DNA of 64,000 nt from Acidobacteriota bacterium (GCA_965217775.1 CBDCJH010000002.1:832001-896000); one strand, 5' to 3'. Positions 9,629 to 19,777 are shown, counted from the stretch's first letter. The notes: generated from the sequence alone by a model not told the origin. Numbers and translations: made by a program.

Positions 9629-10381
9629 CTAATAGGTGGCCCGCCCGCCTGAGATATCGAACACGCCGCCGGTGCTGAACGAACAGTCTTCGGACGAAAG
9701 CCAGGCCACCAGCGCCGCCACCTCTTCGGTCTTCCCGAAACGGTCCATGGGTATCTTCGAGCGCATGTAATCGATGTGCTGCTGAGTCAGTTGTTTCAGC
9801 ATATCGGTCTCGATCACGGCCGGGGTGACGCAATTGACCAGAATCCCGCTGGTGGCCAATTCCTTGCCCAGGGCCTTGGTCAGACCGATGACGCCGGCCT
9901 TGGCGGCGCTGTAGTGCGAGGCGTTGGGATTGCCCTCCTTGCCGGCGATGGAGGCGATGCTCACGATCCGGCCCCAGCCCTGCTCCAGCATCATGGGAAC
10001 CACCGATCGGCAGCAGTGATAGACGCCGAACAGGTCGACCTCGACGACCCAATGCCACTCCTCCGGAGCATACTCCCAGAGGCGCTTGGCGGCGCCGGCG
10101 ACGCCGGCGTTGTTCACCAGAATGTCGATGGACCCCAATTCGCCGCGGGTGCTTTCGGCAGCGGCATCGACCTGATCCGCCCGGGTCAGTTCGACCGTCC
10201 GGAAACTGCAGGCCCCCGTTTCCCCGAGCCGGTTCGCGGCCGCCGCCGCGGCCTCCTCATTGACGTCCCAAATGCAGCAGGCCGCTCCCGAATCCAAGAT
10301 GCGACGGGCAATGGCATAGCCGATGCCCCGGGCGGCACCGGTGACGACCGCGTTCTTTCCTGTCAGATCGATCCTGTTCAT
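9629..10381 (-). CDS. SDR family oxidoreductase
   Basis: TGAARGIG, NNAG, YSAAK. Confidence 0.93.
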   Translation of the reverse strand: MNRIDLTGKNAVVTGAARGIGYAIARRILDSGAACCIWDVNEEAAAAAANRLGETGACSFRTVELTRADQVDAAAESTRGELGSIDILVNNAGVAGAAKRLWEYAPEEWHWVVEVDLFGVYHCCRSVVPMMLEQGWGRIVSIASIAGKEGNPNASHYSAAKAGVIGLTKALGKELATSGILVNCVTPAVIETDMLKQLTQQHIDYMRSKIPMDRFGKTEEVAALVAWLSSEDCSFSTGGVFDISGGRATY

Positions 10382-10412
10382 GTTGGTCCTCCCGTTTTCA
10401 GAATAAACCGTT

Positions 10413-10454
10413 CGGAGAGGAAAGAGAAAAGAGAAAAGAGGAAAGAGACGAGAG
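10413..10454. repeat. Purine-rich heptamer tandem repeat (6 x NNNAGAG)
   Basis: cggagag gaaagag aaaagag aaaagag gaaagag acgagag in a divergent intergenic region. Confidence 0.7.
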
Positions 10455-10490
10455 AAGTGGTAGGATTCCGGAAAGGCGGGAGAGACGATT

Positions 10491-11351
10491 ATGGCTTCAA
10501 TCAGGATTGGGTTGGCTCAGGCCAGGCAGGTGGATGACCTTCAGATCAATGCCCGGACCGTCTTTCGTTTCATGGAGGAGGCCGCGGCGCAGGGCGTGCA
10601 GATCCTCTGCTTTCCCGAGACCCACACCGTTGGGTACCGTGTCGACGTGGTGCCGCCCCCACCGGAGCGGCCGGTGCCGGTGGATCACCTTTCCCGACTC
10701 CATCGGCAGGTGGCCGAGCGCTGCGGAGAGTTGGGAATGGCCTGCATCCTGGGGACCGAGATTCCCAACCCGGCAGATCCGGTCCTGGGGAAACCCTACA
10801 ACTCGGCTCTGGTCGTCTCGGAGAAGGGACGGATCCTGGGATCCCACCACAAGGCCCGGCTGACTCCCCTGGATGCCACCGCCTATACTTCGGGGACCCG
10901 GTTCGAGACCTACGAGCTGTGGGGAGTCCGGGTGGGGGTGGTCATCTGCTTTGAGGGGTTCCGCTTTCCCGAATCGACGCGAGAGTGTGTTTCCCAAGGA
11001 GCCCGGCTGATCTTTCACCCTCAGAACAACACTACTCGTCCGGCCGCTTGGAAGCTCCCGGTACACCGTTCCCTGATCCTGGCTCGAGCGGCCGAGAATA
11101 CGGTCTGGGTCGCTTCTTGCAACTGCTGTTACGAGACACATCAGAACAGCACCAGTTTGGTGGTGGCCCCGGATGGCCGGGTCGTGGGAGAAACCGGACT
11201 GGGCGAAGAGGCGCTCCTGGTTCGGGACGTCGATCCGGAACAGGCCACGCGGGCCATGTTCCTCTACGACCTGGAAGGGTGTGCCCCGATCCTGTTCGGA
11301 GATCAGGTCCGGCGGGAGGAATTTGCCCACGTTCTGGAGCCGGCCGGTTAG
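10491..11351 (+). CDS. Carbon-nitrogen hydrolase (nitrilase superfamily)
   Basis: FPE, HHK, ICFE catalytic triad motifs. Confidence 0.9.
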   Translation: MASIRIGLAQARQVDDLQINARTVFRFMEEAAAQGVQILCFPETHTVGYRVDVVPPPPERPVPVDHLSRLHRQVAERCGELGMACILGTEIPNPADPVLGKPYNSALVVSEKGRILGSHHKARLTPLDATAYTSGTRFETYELWGVRVGVVICFEGFRFPESTRECVSQGARLIFHPQNNTTRPAAWKLPVHRSLILARAAENTVWVASCNCCYETHQNSTSLVVAPDGRVVGETGLGEEALLVRDVDPEQATRAMFLYDLEGCAPILFGDQVRREEFAHVLEPAG

Positions 11352-11408
11352 AACAATGTCGATTCCTTCGAATTCCGGCTGAGTACGATCAGGCAGCCGT
11401 TTTCAGGA

Positions 11409-11696
11409 GTGCCTCCGATGGATGCCGAGCCGATCATGGACATCCTGGGTTTCATTCTGGGAAGCTCGTTTGTTCTGATTCTGGGCCTGCTGGTCGTGCT
11501 GGCGCTGATCTGGTGCCTGGTTCCCTTCGCGATTTTCGGGATCAAGCCCCGCCTGGACTCGTTGGTCCGGGCGGTCCAGGAGCAGACCCGGGTGCAGCAG
11601 GAACTGGTCCGGGAAATGCGATCCCTGCGGAATCGAACCGCCGAGAGGACGCCTCCGGCCCGGGAGGCCGAGCCGAAGCAGCGGGAAACTTCCTGA
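11409..11696 (+). CDS. Small membrane protein with coiled-coil tail
   Basis: Long hydrophobic N-terminal segment; start uncertain. Confidence 0.6.
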   Translation: MPPMDAEPIMDILGFILGSSFVLILGLLVVLALIWCLVPFAIFGIKPRLDSLVRAVQEQTRVQQELVREMRSLRNRTAERTPPAREAEPKQRETS

Positions 11697-11706
11697 TCGG
11701 TAGAGG

Positions 11707-12504
11707 TCAGTCCAGCAGCCGACGCATCCAGTCGGCCACCGATTCTTCCTTCAGGGGAGTCACCGAAGCCGACATCCCATCCCTGACCTGCTCCGGAGTC
11801 GTGTATCCCCAGGTGGCGTGGTAACAGCCGACTCCCAGCTCCGACGCCGATTGCAGGTGGGAGACCTGGTCATCGACGAAGTGGATGTGGGAGTAGGGTG
11901 TTCCGGTCAGGTCATGCAGATGGGCCAGGTGCCCGTTCTTGCCTCGGGCGCGGCGGACCCGGTCATACCCGTAGATGTGGTCCGTGGCGAGATCGATCTT
12001 CTGATAGTGGAGGATCTTGACGGCTGCATCGCTGGGCTTGGAGGTGGTGACGTAGACCCGGTCGAAGCGGGTCCGGCTGGATCTCAGCCCTGCTTCCACG
12101 CCGGCGTAGAGCGGGTTCATCTCCATCCATGAGGCCTCGTCCCGTTGGCGCATTGTTCTACGGTGCTCCTGGAACACCTCCTCCAAGGCCCGGGGATCGG
12201 AGACTCCCATGGAGGCGCAGAGATCCGGCAGCAGTTCCTGGGAGCGCCGGTCGAAGTCCTGTTGGCGGGTAACCGCCTCCTGACCCAGGATGAGATTCAG
12301 GATGACGATGTAGTCCTTTCCATCGCGGACGAACGGACGCATGCGGAAGAAGGGTCCCCGCACATTCGGGGAGATCTCCTCCAGGTTCGAGGCGGGGGGG
12401 AATCCCGCCACGGGTCCGTAACAGGCATACGACGTGAAGAGGCATTCCCGGGCGCTGTCGCAGATCACGCCGTCAAAATCCAGGGCCAGGATGTTCTGTG
12501 CCAT
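11707..12504 (-). CDS. HAD-superfamily hydrolase
   Basis: ALDFDGVICDS, TTSK, FVDD. Real start MAQNIL at 12504; the upstream ORF extension is MITE sequence. Confidence 0.88.
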   Translation of the reverse strand: MAQNILALDFDGVICDSARECLFTSYACYGPVAGFPPASNLEEISPNVRGPFFRMRPFVRDGKDYIVILNLILGQEAVTRQQDFDRRSQELLPDLCASMGVSDPRALEEVFQEHRRTMRQRDEASWMEMNPLYAGVEAGLRSSRTRFDRVYVTTSKPSDAAVKILHYQKIDLATDHIYGYDRVRRARGKNGHLAHLHDLTGTPYSHIHFVDDQVSHLQSASELGVGCYHATWGYTTPEQVRDGMSASVTPLKEESVADWMRRLLD

Positions 12505-12594
12505 GATCCTTTCTCCACCACCTGCCGATCGGGCTGAACCTGCCCGACCCGCAATCGCCGCCGATGATACCAAAGCGACCACGGTTTTCGAGTG

Positions 12595-12727
12595 CCGAGA
12601 CCGTTCCTGCGCCCGCCGGACAAGGCGCGATTCGGGTGCATACCGGGAGTATGTGCCCGAATCGCAACGCCGTCCGCCGGGATGCAGGGACGGTCGAATG
12701 CCGTGATGACTTTTGCCACGGGCTGTT
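12595..12727 (-). mobile_element. Truncated copy of a MITE-like repeat
   Basis: 133 bp identical by eye to the reverse complement of 25009-25141; only one TIR retained. Confidence 0.85.
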
Positions 12728-12784
12728 AACATACGGGTCGCAAGGTAACGCGTTCACGCCAGCCGCAACGAGGTCATTTCACCA

Positions 12785-13600
12785 GTGAAGGTCACGGTAC
12801 CGTTCCAGATCCTGGCCAGCTTCCTCACCCAACTCGTGGTGCGGAGGCACCTGATCTGGACCTTCGTGAGGCGCGACCTGAGGAGCCGTTACGTGGGATC
12901 GGTCATGGGACTCTGCTGGTCGGTGCTCCATCCCCTGGTTCTCTTGGCGGCCTACACCTTCGTCTTTCAGTTCATCTTCCGGGTCCGGCCCCCCCTGGCG
13001 GGGACCGACAGCTTCGCCGTCTTCCTCTTCTGCGGCCTCCTGCCCTGGCTCTACTTCCAAGACACGTTGCAGCGTTCCTGCACCTCGGTCGTGGAGCAGA
13101 GGAATCTCATTCAGAAGACTCTCTTCCCCTCGGAGGTCCTGCCCCTGACGCTGGCCGCCTCCAACCTGGTGACGCATCTGTTCGGGCTGGCGGTGCTCCT
13201 GTCGGTACTCCTCTATCTCGAACTGTTGACTTGGACCGCCTGCTTGTTGCCGGCCTGGTTCTTCTGGCTGATGCTGCTGGCGCTGGGCCTGGGATGGCTG
13301 TTGGCGGCCCTGCAGGTCTTCCTGAGGGATACGGCGCAGGTGCTTTCGGTGCTGCTGGTCTTCTGGTTCTGGTTCACTCCCATCTTCTACCAGGTGGAAA
13401 TGGTGCCGCCCCGGTTCCAGCCCTGGCTGCGGCTGAACCCGCTGACCCACGTCGTGGAGGGCTACCGCCTGCTGCTGCTGGAGGGACGGATACCGGCGAT
13501 CGAGTCATGGCTGGTGCTGGCCGGCCTTTCGCTGGCGACTTTCTTCCTGGGTGGCCTGGCCTTCAGAGGGATGAAGCGGGAGTTCGCCGATGCCCTCTGA
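12785..13600 (+). CDS. wzm: Polysaccharide ABC transporter permease
   Basis: RRDLRSRYVGS.MG..WS.L.P, FLRD, TPIFY, NPL. Confidence 0.9.
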   Translation: MKVTVPFQILASFLTQLVVRRHLIWTFVRRDLRSRYVGSVMGLCWSVLHPLVLLAAYTFVFQFIFRVRPPLAGTDSFAVFLFCGLLPWLYFQDTLQRSCTSVVEQRNLIQKTLFPSEVLPLTLAASNLVTHLFGLAVLLSVLLYLELLTWTACLLPAWFFWLMLLALGLGWLLAALQVFLRDTAQVLSVLLVFWFWFTPIFYQVEMVPPRFQPWLRLNPLTHVVEGYRLLLLEGRIPAIESWLVLAGLSLATFFLGGLAFRGMKREFADAL

Positions 13601-14891
13601 GTTGCCGCCGGTGGTGAGCCTGAGGCAGGTCTCCAAGAAATACCGGATCTACCAACGTCCGAGCCACAAGTTCCTGGAGCTGTTTCTGGGGGAGAGAAAA
13701 CGCCTGCACCGGGAGTTCTGGGCCCTGCGGGAGATTGATCTGGAAGTGGCCGCCGGGACGACCCTGGGCATCGTGGGCCGGAACGGATCGGGCAAGAGCA
13801 CCCTGCTGCAGTTGCTGGCCGGAATCCATCGGCAGACCGCAGGCGACTTGTTTGTCCGGGGGACGGTCTCGGCCCTGCTGGAGCTGGGTTCCGGGTTCAA
13901 TCCCGAGTTCACGGGCCGGGAGAACATGATCATGGCCGGCGCCGTCATGGGGTTCACGAAGCCGCAGATGGAGGAACGCCAGGACGACATTCTGGAGTTC
14001 GCCCGGATCGGCGAATTCGTGGACCAGCCGGTCAAGGTCTATTCCACCGGAATGTTCATGCGGCTGGCCTTCTCCGTGGCCGTCCACGTGGAACCGGACA
14101 TCCTGTTGGTGGACGAGGCCCTGGCGGTGGGCGACCTTATTTTCCAGCACCGGTGCATCCAGCGGATCCGTCGTCTGCGCAGCCAGGGCAAGACCATTCT
14201 CTTCGTCAGCCACGATCTGCAGGCGGTCACCCAGTTCTGCGACCGGGCCATCCTGCTGGAGCGGGGGAGAATGCTGGAGGACGGCTCGCCGGAACGGGTG
14301 GTCCAGCGGTATCAGGGCCTGGTCGCGGCGAGACAAGCGGGGCAGGAGGGAGAGAGGCTCCAATGGAGCGGCGCCGGGGAGGATGATCGACTCCGGATTG
14401 TCCGTACCGTGCCTCATGTGCACAACCGCTACGGTGACGGGGGCGCCAGCATCATGGGGGTCCTGATCCACTCTCCCGGCGGAAGGGTCCTGAATCAGGC
14501 GCAGATCGGGGAGGAGGTCCACCTGCTGATCTCGGTGCGGATCCTGAAGGATCTGGAGAACCCCATCATCGGCTTCACGGTTCGGGACCGCATGGGCGTG
14601 GAGATCACTTCGTCCAACACCTCCTACGCGGGACTGGATCTGCCGCCGGCGCGAACCGGAGACGTGCTGACGGTGGGCTTCCGGTTTCGAATTCCCGAGT
14701 TGCGGCCGGGCAGCTATTCCATTTCCACCGCCGTCGCCCGGGGGAACATCTGGGAACATACCATCGAGGACTGGATCGACAACGCCTACATCCTGGATCT
14801 GACCAGTCCGGGCCTGGTCTACGGGATGATGCGCTGGGCGGTCACCCCCCGTTTCCGCCGCTTCAGGGATGGCGACATCCCGCCGGTCTGA
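13590..14891 (+). CDS. wzt: Polysaccharide ABC transporter ATPase with Wzt_C domain
   Basis: GRNGSGKS, YSTGM, LVDEALAVGD, C-terminal extension. Confidence 0.9.
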   Translation: MPSELPPVVSLRQVSKKYRIYQRPSHKFLELFLGERKRLHREFWALREIDLEVAAGTTLGIVGRNGSGKSTLLQLLAGIHRQTAGDLFVRGTVSALLELGSGFNPEFTGRENMIMAGAVMGFTKPQMEERQDDILEFARIGEFVDQPVKVYSTGMFMRLAFSVAVHVEPDILLVDEALAVGDLIFQHRCIQRIRRLRSQGKTILFVSHDLQAVTQFCDRAILLERGRMLEDGSPERVVQRYQGLVAARQAGQEGERLQWSGAGEDDRLRIVRTVPHVHNRYGDGGASIMGVLIHSPGGRVLNQAQIGEEVHLLISVRILKDLENPIIGFTVRDRMGVEITSSNTSYAGLDLPPARTGDVLTVGFRFRIPELRPGSYSISTAVARGNIWEHTIEDWIDNAYILDLTSPGLVYGMMRWAVTPRFRRFRDGDIPPV

Positions 14892-14900
14892 TGAATTCCC

Positions 14901-15758
14901 ATGTCCGCCTCCCTGGGTCTGAGCGCCGTCGTCGTCAACTGGAACAGCGGTTCCTGCCTGGGGAAGCTGCTGGAGTCTCTGGAGCCGCTTCGGAACGGAA
15001 TGGGCGAGGTCGTGGTGGTCGACAACGCGTCCCAGGACGGAAGCGACGGTCCGGCCCGGGGAAGGGACGGGGTCGTACTGGTGGAGGCCGGGGAAAATCT
15101 GGGCTTCGCCGGCGCGGCCAACCTGGGAATCGCCCGGGTCTCGACGCCCTGGGTCCTGCTGTTGAACCCCGACGTCACCCTGCATCCCGAGTCGGTGGAA
15201 ACCCTCTGTCACGAGGTCGAGGAAAGGCCGCGTTGCGGGATCGCCACCGGGACTCTTCTCTCCCGCTCCCCGAGGACCCCCCAGATTCGTCCGCTTCCGG
15301 GTCCGTGGAGTATGCTCCGGGACGCCGTCTTCCTGGACGAGCTACTGGCGCTCGCCGGTTTGAACCGTAGTGCCGATTCCCTGGGGGAAGGTTCCTCCGG
15401 GCAAGCGGTGAGAGTGGAGCAGCCGGCGGCCGCATTCTGGATGCTGAGGCGCCGGGCGTGGGAAGCCATCGGCGGTTTCGACTGCCGGTTCCATCCGGCC
15501 TGGTTCGAGGATGTGGACTTCTGCCGCAGGCTTCTGGACGCCGGCTGGGAGATTCTCCATTTTCCCCAAATCCGGGTCGGGACCCACTTGGGCGGTTCTT
15601 CCCTGGATCGTCTGGGATACGCGGCTTTCGTGGAGATCTACACCCGCAACATGCTCCGGTATCTGGCCAAGCACCACAAGATAGCCTATCCGCTCTTGTG
15701 GCCCCTGATTCGGCTGGGCGCTCTGGTACGGCGCGGCGTCATCGGCCGGTGGCGTTAG
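14901..15758 (+). CDS. GT2 glycosyltransferase
   Basis: VVVNWN, VDNAS.DGS, NLGF, LLNPD, FEDVDFC. Confidence 0.9.
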   Translation: MSASLGLSAVVVNWNSGSCLGKLLESLEPLRNGMGEVVVVDNASQDGSDGPARGRDGVVLVEAGENLGFAGAANLGIARVSTPWVLLLNPDVTLHPESVETLCHEVEERPRCGIATGTLLSRSPRTPQIRPLPGPWSMLRDAVFLDELLALAGLNRSADSLGEGSSGQAVRVEQPAAAFWMLRRRAWEAIGGFDCRFHPAWFEDVDFCRRLLDAGWEILHFPQIRVGTHLGGSSLDRLGYAAFVEIYTRNMLRYLAKHHKIAYPLLWPLIRLGALVRRGVIGRWR

Positions 15759-16001
15759 CCCGCATTTCTCACCAGGGGGCGTGACGATCGCGCAGGATTT
15801 TCGCCCTCAGCGCGTGCTCGCGACCGAGAGCGTAGTGGTAACTACGTTTGAGGGAGCATGTGCGCGCTGAGGGCGAAAAGACCAGGGAGCGCGCGCCCAG
15901 CGCAGTCTGTCCCGGAGAAACCTTGGCCAAATTCGCGTAAGTGCTCAAAAACAGATTATTTTTCATCATACGCGTAGCGGCCTGGTGAGAAATGCGGGCT
16001 A
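15756..16001. mobile_element. MITE-like non-autonomous element
   Basis: Perfect 21-bp IR TAGCCCGCATTTCTCACCAGG (15756-15776 / 15981-16001; 19-bp TIR + TA on each side). Internal 17-bp IR TTTTCGCCCTCAGCGCG. Confidence 0.85.
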
Positions 16002-16138
16002 GGTGTTCAATCTGAGCCGAAACACTTCCGAATCGGGGAGCGCGTCAGTCAGGTGTATGCCCAAAGTCGGTACCAATTGGGAGTTCGACGATAGACGGCA
16101 AGGCGTGTCTGATTTATCAGCCTCGTGTGAGACCATGA

Positions 16139-17683
16139 ATGGTCGAGGTTGTCATTAAACGAATGGCCAGAAGCTATTGCCGACCACTCTTCGCTGGCGA
16201 CGAGAAGTTCCAGAACCTAATGCCAAAAACTCAGAAGCAGAACGGTGCCTACTATACGCCCGAATCGGTCGTTCAGACACTGCTGAGCTGGGTAATCCGA
16301 CGCGAAGAAGATCGACTGCTGGATCCGTCTTGTGGCGATGGGCGATTTATCGCCAATCATCCCAATAGTGTCGGGATCGAGTGGGATTCGGCCTCGGTCG
16401 AGGCCGCAACGTCACGGGCGCCCTGCGCTCTTATCCACGACGGCGACTTCTTTGCCTGGGCGGCCCAAACATCAGACCGCTTCGATTGTGTGGCAGGCAA
16501 CCCACCATTCATCCGCTATCAGATGTTCAAGGGAGAAACTCGCGCGCGAGCCCTGAGCTTGTGCCGAGTGCTCGGTGCCAATTTCACTGGCCTAACCTCG
16601 TCCTGGGCCCCGTTTCTTGTCACCGCAGCTTCACTTGTGGCGCGTGGAGGCCGGATGGCCTTCGTTGTTCCCGCCGAGATCGGCCACGCGTCCTATGGCA
16701 CTCCCGTGATCGAATATCTCGTCGAGCGTTTTTCCGTCGTCCATGTCGTTGCGGTACGGTCAAAGCTTTTCCCGACGCTGTCTGAAGATTGTTGGCTTCT
16801 TTACGCTGGTGGCTGTGGCGGACAAAGCACCGAAATTCGTTTCACAGCCCTTGAACGCTTCGGCGCAATGAAGGCCCCACCGCGCCAATATGAGGCCGTG
16901 CCCGTCACCGATTGGCGCACAAGTTGGGGGTGCCGATTGCGGCCGTTCATCATGTCCCGCCCAGCACGAAATCTTTACCGTGAGGCTGCGGTAGATCGAG
17001 ACTCAACGAGGCTGGGAGACTCGGGTCGAATTGGAACTGGCTACGTCACCGGTGCCAATGACTTCTTCCATCTCCGTCCCTCCGAAGCCGAAAGATCGGG
17101 TATACCGGATACCTTGCTTCATCCAACTGTTCGCAACAGCCGTGTGCTGAGGTCACGCCGGGTGGATGCGGCAACGGTCGAGCGATGGCGGCGCGCAGAT
17201 GCTCCCATGTGGTTGCTCCACTTGTCGAGGGACATGAAGTTGCCAGATACGATCCATCGTTACCTGGACAGCGCCGCCGGTAAAGCCGCGCGCCAATCAT
17301 ACAAATGTCGGATCCGTGATCCCTGGTACGTCGTGCCGAGCGTGCGGATTCCTGATTTCTTTCTCAGCTATATGTCGGGAGTCCAACCGAGTTTGGTCCG
17401 CAATGACGCGAGCTGCACCTGCACGAATTCGGTTCACGGCATCCAGCTTAAACCCGGTGTTACCGGGCATCAGATAGAGGCGCTATGGAATAGTTCCTTC
17501 GTCCAGTTGAGTTGCGAACTTGAAGGGCACCCGCTCGGAGGGGGAATGCTAAAGCTGGAGCCGAGAGAAGCGGCGCGTATTGTCCTACCCGCTCCGTCTT
17601 GCCTGGCGCGCTTGGATGAACAGATCGTGAATAACGCTCTCGCAACGATGCGTTCGTGGAGACACTACAGCCGTGGCAGATAA
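16139..17683 (+). CDS. Gamma-class N6-adenine DNA methyltransferase (type II R-M)
   Basis: GAYYTP, LLDPSCGDGRF, NPPF, C-terminal ELEGHPLGGGMLKLEPRE. Alternative start at 16220. Confidence 0.9.
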   Translation: MVEVVIKRMARSYCRPLFAGDEKFQNLMPKTQKQNGAYYTPESVVQTLLSWVIRREEDRLLDPSCGDGRFIANHPNSVGIEWDSASVEAATSRAPCALIHDGDFFAWAAQTSDRFDCVAGNPPFIRYQMFKGETRARALSLCRVLGANFTGLTSSWAPFLVTAASLVARGGRMAFVVPAEIGHASYGTPVIEYLVERFSVVHVVAVRSKLFPTLSEDCWLLYAGGCGGQSTEIRFTALERFGAMKAPPRQYEAVPVTDWRTSWGCRLRPFIMSRPARNLYREAAVDRDSTRLGDSGRIGTGYVTGANDFFHLRPSEAERSGIPDTLLHPTVRNSRVLRSRRVDAATVERWRRADAPMWLLHLSRDMKLPDTIHRYLDSAAGKAARQSYKCRIRDPWYVVPSVRIPDFFLSYMSGVQPSLVRNDASCTCTNSVHGIQLKPGVTGHQIEALWNSSFVQLSCELEGHPLGGGMLKLEPREAARIVLPAPSCLARLDEQIVNNALATMRSWRHYSRGR

Positions 17684-18614
17684 CCAGCGGGTTGGTGCGT
17701 TATTCGGTAACACCTGTACCTGGATTTCACGCCGGGAGGCCCTAAGGCATTTTGCGATCTTTAGCGGTAAGACCCAATCACAGCATCATATCAAGCCATT
17801 GCACTGGTACGTTGCCTGCCGCCTTGTGCTGGAGGGTGGCTTCAGACCAGAAGAGATTACTCCACGACCACCGTTCGAAATCCGCAAGACTAAAGGTGTG
17901 TTCGAGATAAGCCATAACCATGATGCGGGGAGAGGCGGCGAGCGTACGATCCTTGGTGGGCTCAAGACCAAGAATGTGGATGTCGTTGTCACCAAGAATG
18001 GGATTGGTCCGGTGATGGCCGTTTCATGCAAAGGAGCGATTGGTGCCTATCGAAACCTCACCAACCGTATGGAAGAGGCCGTTGGCGATTGCACGAATCT
18101 GCACATCACCTATCCGGCCATGGTTTTCGGCTACATGTTCGTGATGCGTGCCAACCGGGGGAATGGTGAATCGGTCGAATTAGAGCCCTTAGAACCGACG
18201 CCGGGACGCGTTCTCCAGCCCAATGATATAGCTATCGCTCCTGACGGCCACCCTGTTCCTTCGATTGTTCGATTTCATGCGGCCCTAAGGGAATTGACGG
18301 AACGGCGCGGTATTCGGAACGACGGCAGTCGCTACGAGGCCGTGGCTCTAGGGCTGGTTGAGTCCAACCGGAGACGGCCCGGGGATGTGCTGGAGGAATT
18401 TCCACCCAGCGACAGCCCGCTACGACTCGAGCGTTTCTTTGACGCATTGTTTCGGCACTATGATGAACGATACGTCTTTTCGGCACCTGATTTGAAGAGT
18501 CTCACTCGACGGATAGAGTGGTCTCCAACCTCCCCCGCGTTTACCGATGCTCGACGTGCCTCGTCGCGGTCTCCAATATTTGACTATGAACCACGGATCG
18601 GCCCGGCGGAATAA
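17673..18614 (+). CDS. Putative type II restriction endonuclease (PD-(D/E)xK, PaeR7I/XhoI-like)
   Basis: Overlaps the MTase stop; KNVDVVV..AVSCKG..NLTNRMEEAVG. Confidence 0.7.
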   Translation: MADNQRVGALFGNTCTWISRREALRHFAIFSGKTQSQHHIKPLHWYVACRLVLEGGFRPEEITPRPPFEIRKTKGVFEISHNHDAGRGGERTILGGLKTKNVDVVVTKNGIGPVMAVSCKGAIGAYRNLTNRMEEAVGDCTNLHITYPAMVFGYMFVMRANRGNGESVELEPLEPTPGRVLQPNDIAIAPDGHPVPSIVRFHAALRELTERRGIRNDGSRYEAVALGLVESNRRRPGDVLEEFPPSDSPLRLERFFDALFRHYDERYVFSAPDLKSLTRRIEWSPTSPAFTDARRASSRSPIFDYEPRIGPAE

Positions 18615-18700
18615 CCGTTCACCCGGCGAGGTCCATGCGGTGTAGAAACTGCGGTGAAATGGGGCAATCGTAACCGGCTTTGCGAAATAGTCCCGGCGTA

Positions 18701-19717
18701 ATGGCGAGTCCTCCTGTCCTGATCAGCGTGGTCACCTACGACAGCGAGGCGCATCTGGACGCCTGCCTGCGCTCGGTGCGGGAACAGGACGTTCCGGTGC
18801 GGATCCGCGTCTACGACAACGCCTCCCGAGACGGCAGCCGCGGGGTGGCACTGAACCATGGGGCCCGGCTGCACCGCTCCAGCGAGAACCGGGGTTTCAG
18901 CCACGGTCACAATTTCCACCTTCGCCAGGGTGGGTTCGACCACGTCCTCATCCTGAATCCCGACGTCATTCTCTCGAAGGGGTACCTGAAGACGCTCATC
19001 GAATCCATGGCCGGCGTCAAGCGCGTGGGAATGGCCGGTGGGAAGCTGTATCGCATGGATGCCGATGGCCGTGCCGTTCATGAGAGCGGATACCCGGTAC
19101 TGGACACGACCGGCATCTATTTCACTCCCACCCAGCGGCATTTCGACCGGGGCAGCCAGCAGCCGGACCGGGGCCGGTACGACCGCCGCCAACTGCTGTT
19201 CGGAATCAGCGGCGCCGCTCTCCTCTGCACCCGCGAAATGCTGGAGGACGTCCGCTACGGGGACGAATACCTGGATGAGGACTTCTTCGCCTACCGGGAG
19301 GACGCGGACCTGGCCTGGAGGGCTCAACTCCGGGGGTGGCGGGCTCTCTACGAGCCGGCTGCCCAGGGCCTGCATCTGCGCCGGGTCCTCCCCTCTCGCC
19401 GCGCTCGTCTCGCCTCCCACATCAACTTCCACTCGCTCAAGAACCGGTACCTGATGAGGATCAAGAACCTGGACCCGGCGGTCCGGCGCAGGTGTTTCCC
19501 CTACATGTGGATTCGGGATCTGGGGATCATCGCGTACGTCCTCTTGCGCGAGCGATCTTCCTTGGGCGCCTTCCGGCAGGTGTGGAGGCTCAGGAAGCGC
19601 TTCCTCCGGAAACGGAAGTGGATTCAGGCTTCGCGCCGAGTGCCGGCGGATTCCGTCGCGCGCTGGTTCTCGTTTCGTCCCATTGCCCAGGATCTGGAGC
19701 CGTCCGATTTCGTGTGA
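18701..19717 (+). CDS. GT2 glycosyltransferase
   Basis: YDNASRDGS, NRGF, ILNPD, YREDADL. Confidence 0.9.
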   Translation: MASPPVLISVVTYDSEAHLDACLRSVREQDVPVRIRVYDNASRDGSRGVALNHGARLHRSSENRGFSHGHNFHLRQGGFDHVLILNPDVILSKGYLKTLIESMAGVKRVGMAGGKLYRMDADGRAVHESGYPVLDTTGIYFTPTQRHFDRGSQQPDRGRYDRRQLLFGISGAALLCTREMLEDVRYGDEYLDEDFFAYREDADLAWRAQLRGWRALYEPAAQGLHLRRVLPSRRARLASHINFHSLKNRYLMRIKNLDPAVRRRCFPYMWIRDLGIIAYVLLRERSSLGAFRQVWRLRKRFLRKRKWIQASRRVPADSVARWFSFRPIAQDLEPSDFV

Positions 19718-19777
19718 CTCGTCCGGTCTCTCGGGGGTGCGGGACTTGTTTGGCAGGGACGTAGTAGAGTACGCCGC

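Noticed and set aside
12505-12732. 76-aa N-terminal extension of the HAD ORF, and ORF 24914-25366 sharing the peptide TARGKSHHGIRPSLHP
   Set aside because: Both are read-through of the same MITE, not a shared protein domain.
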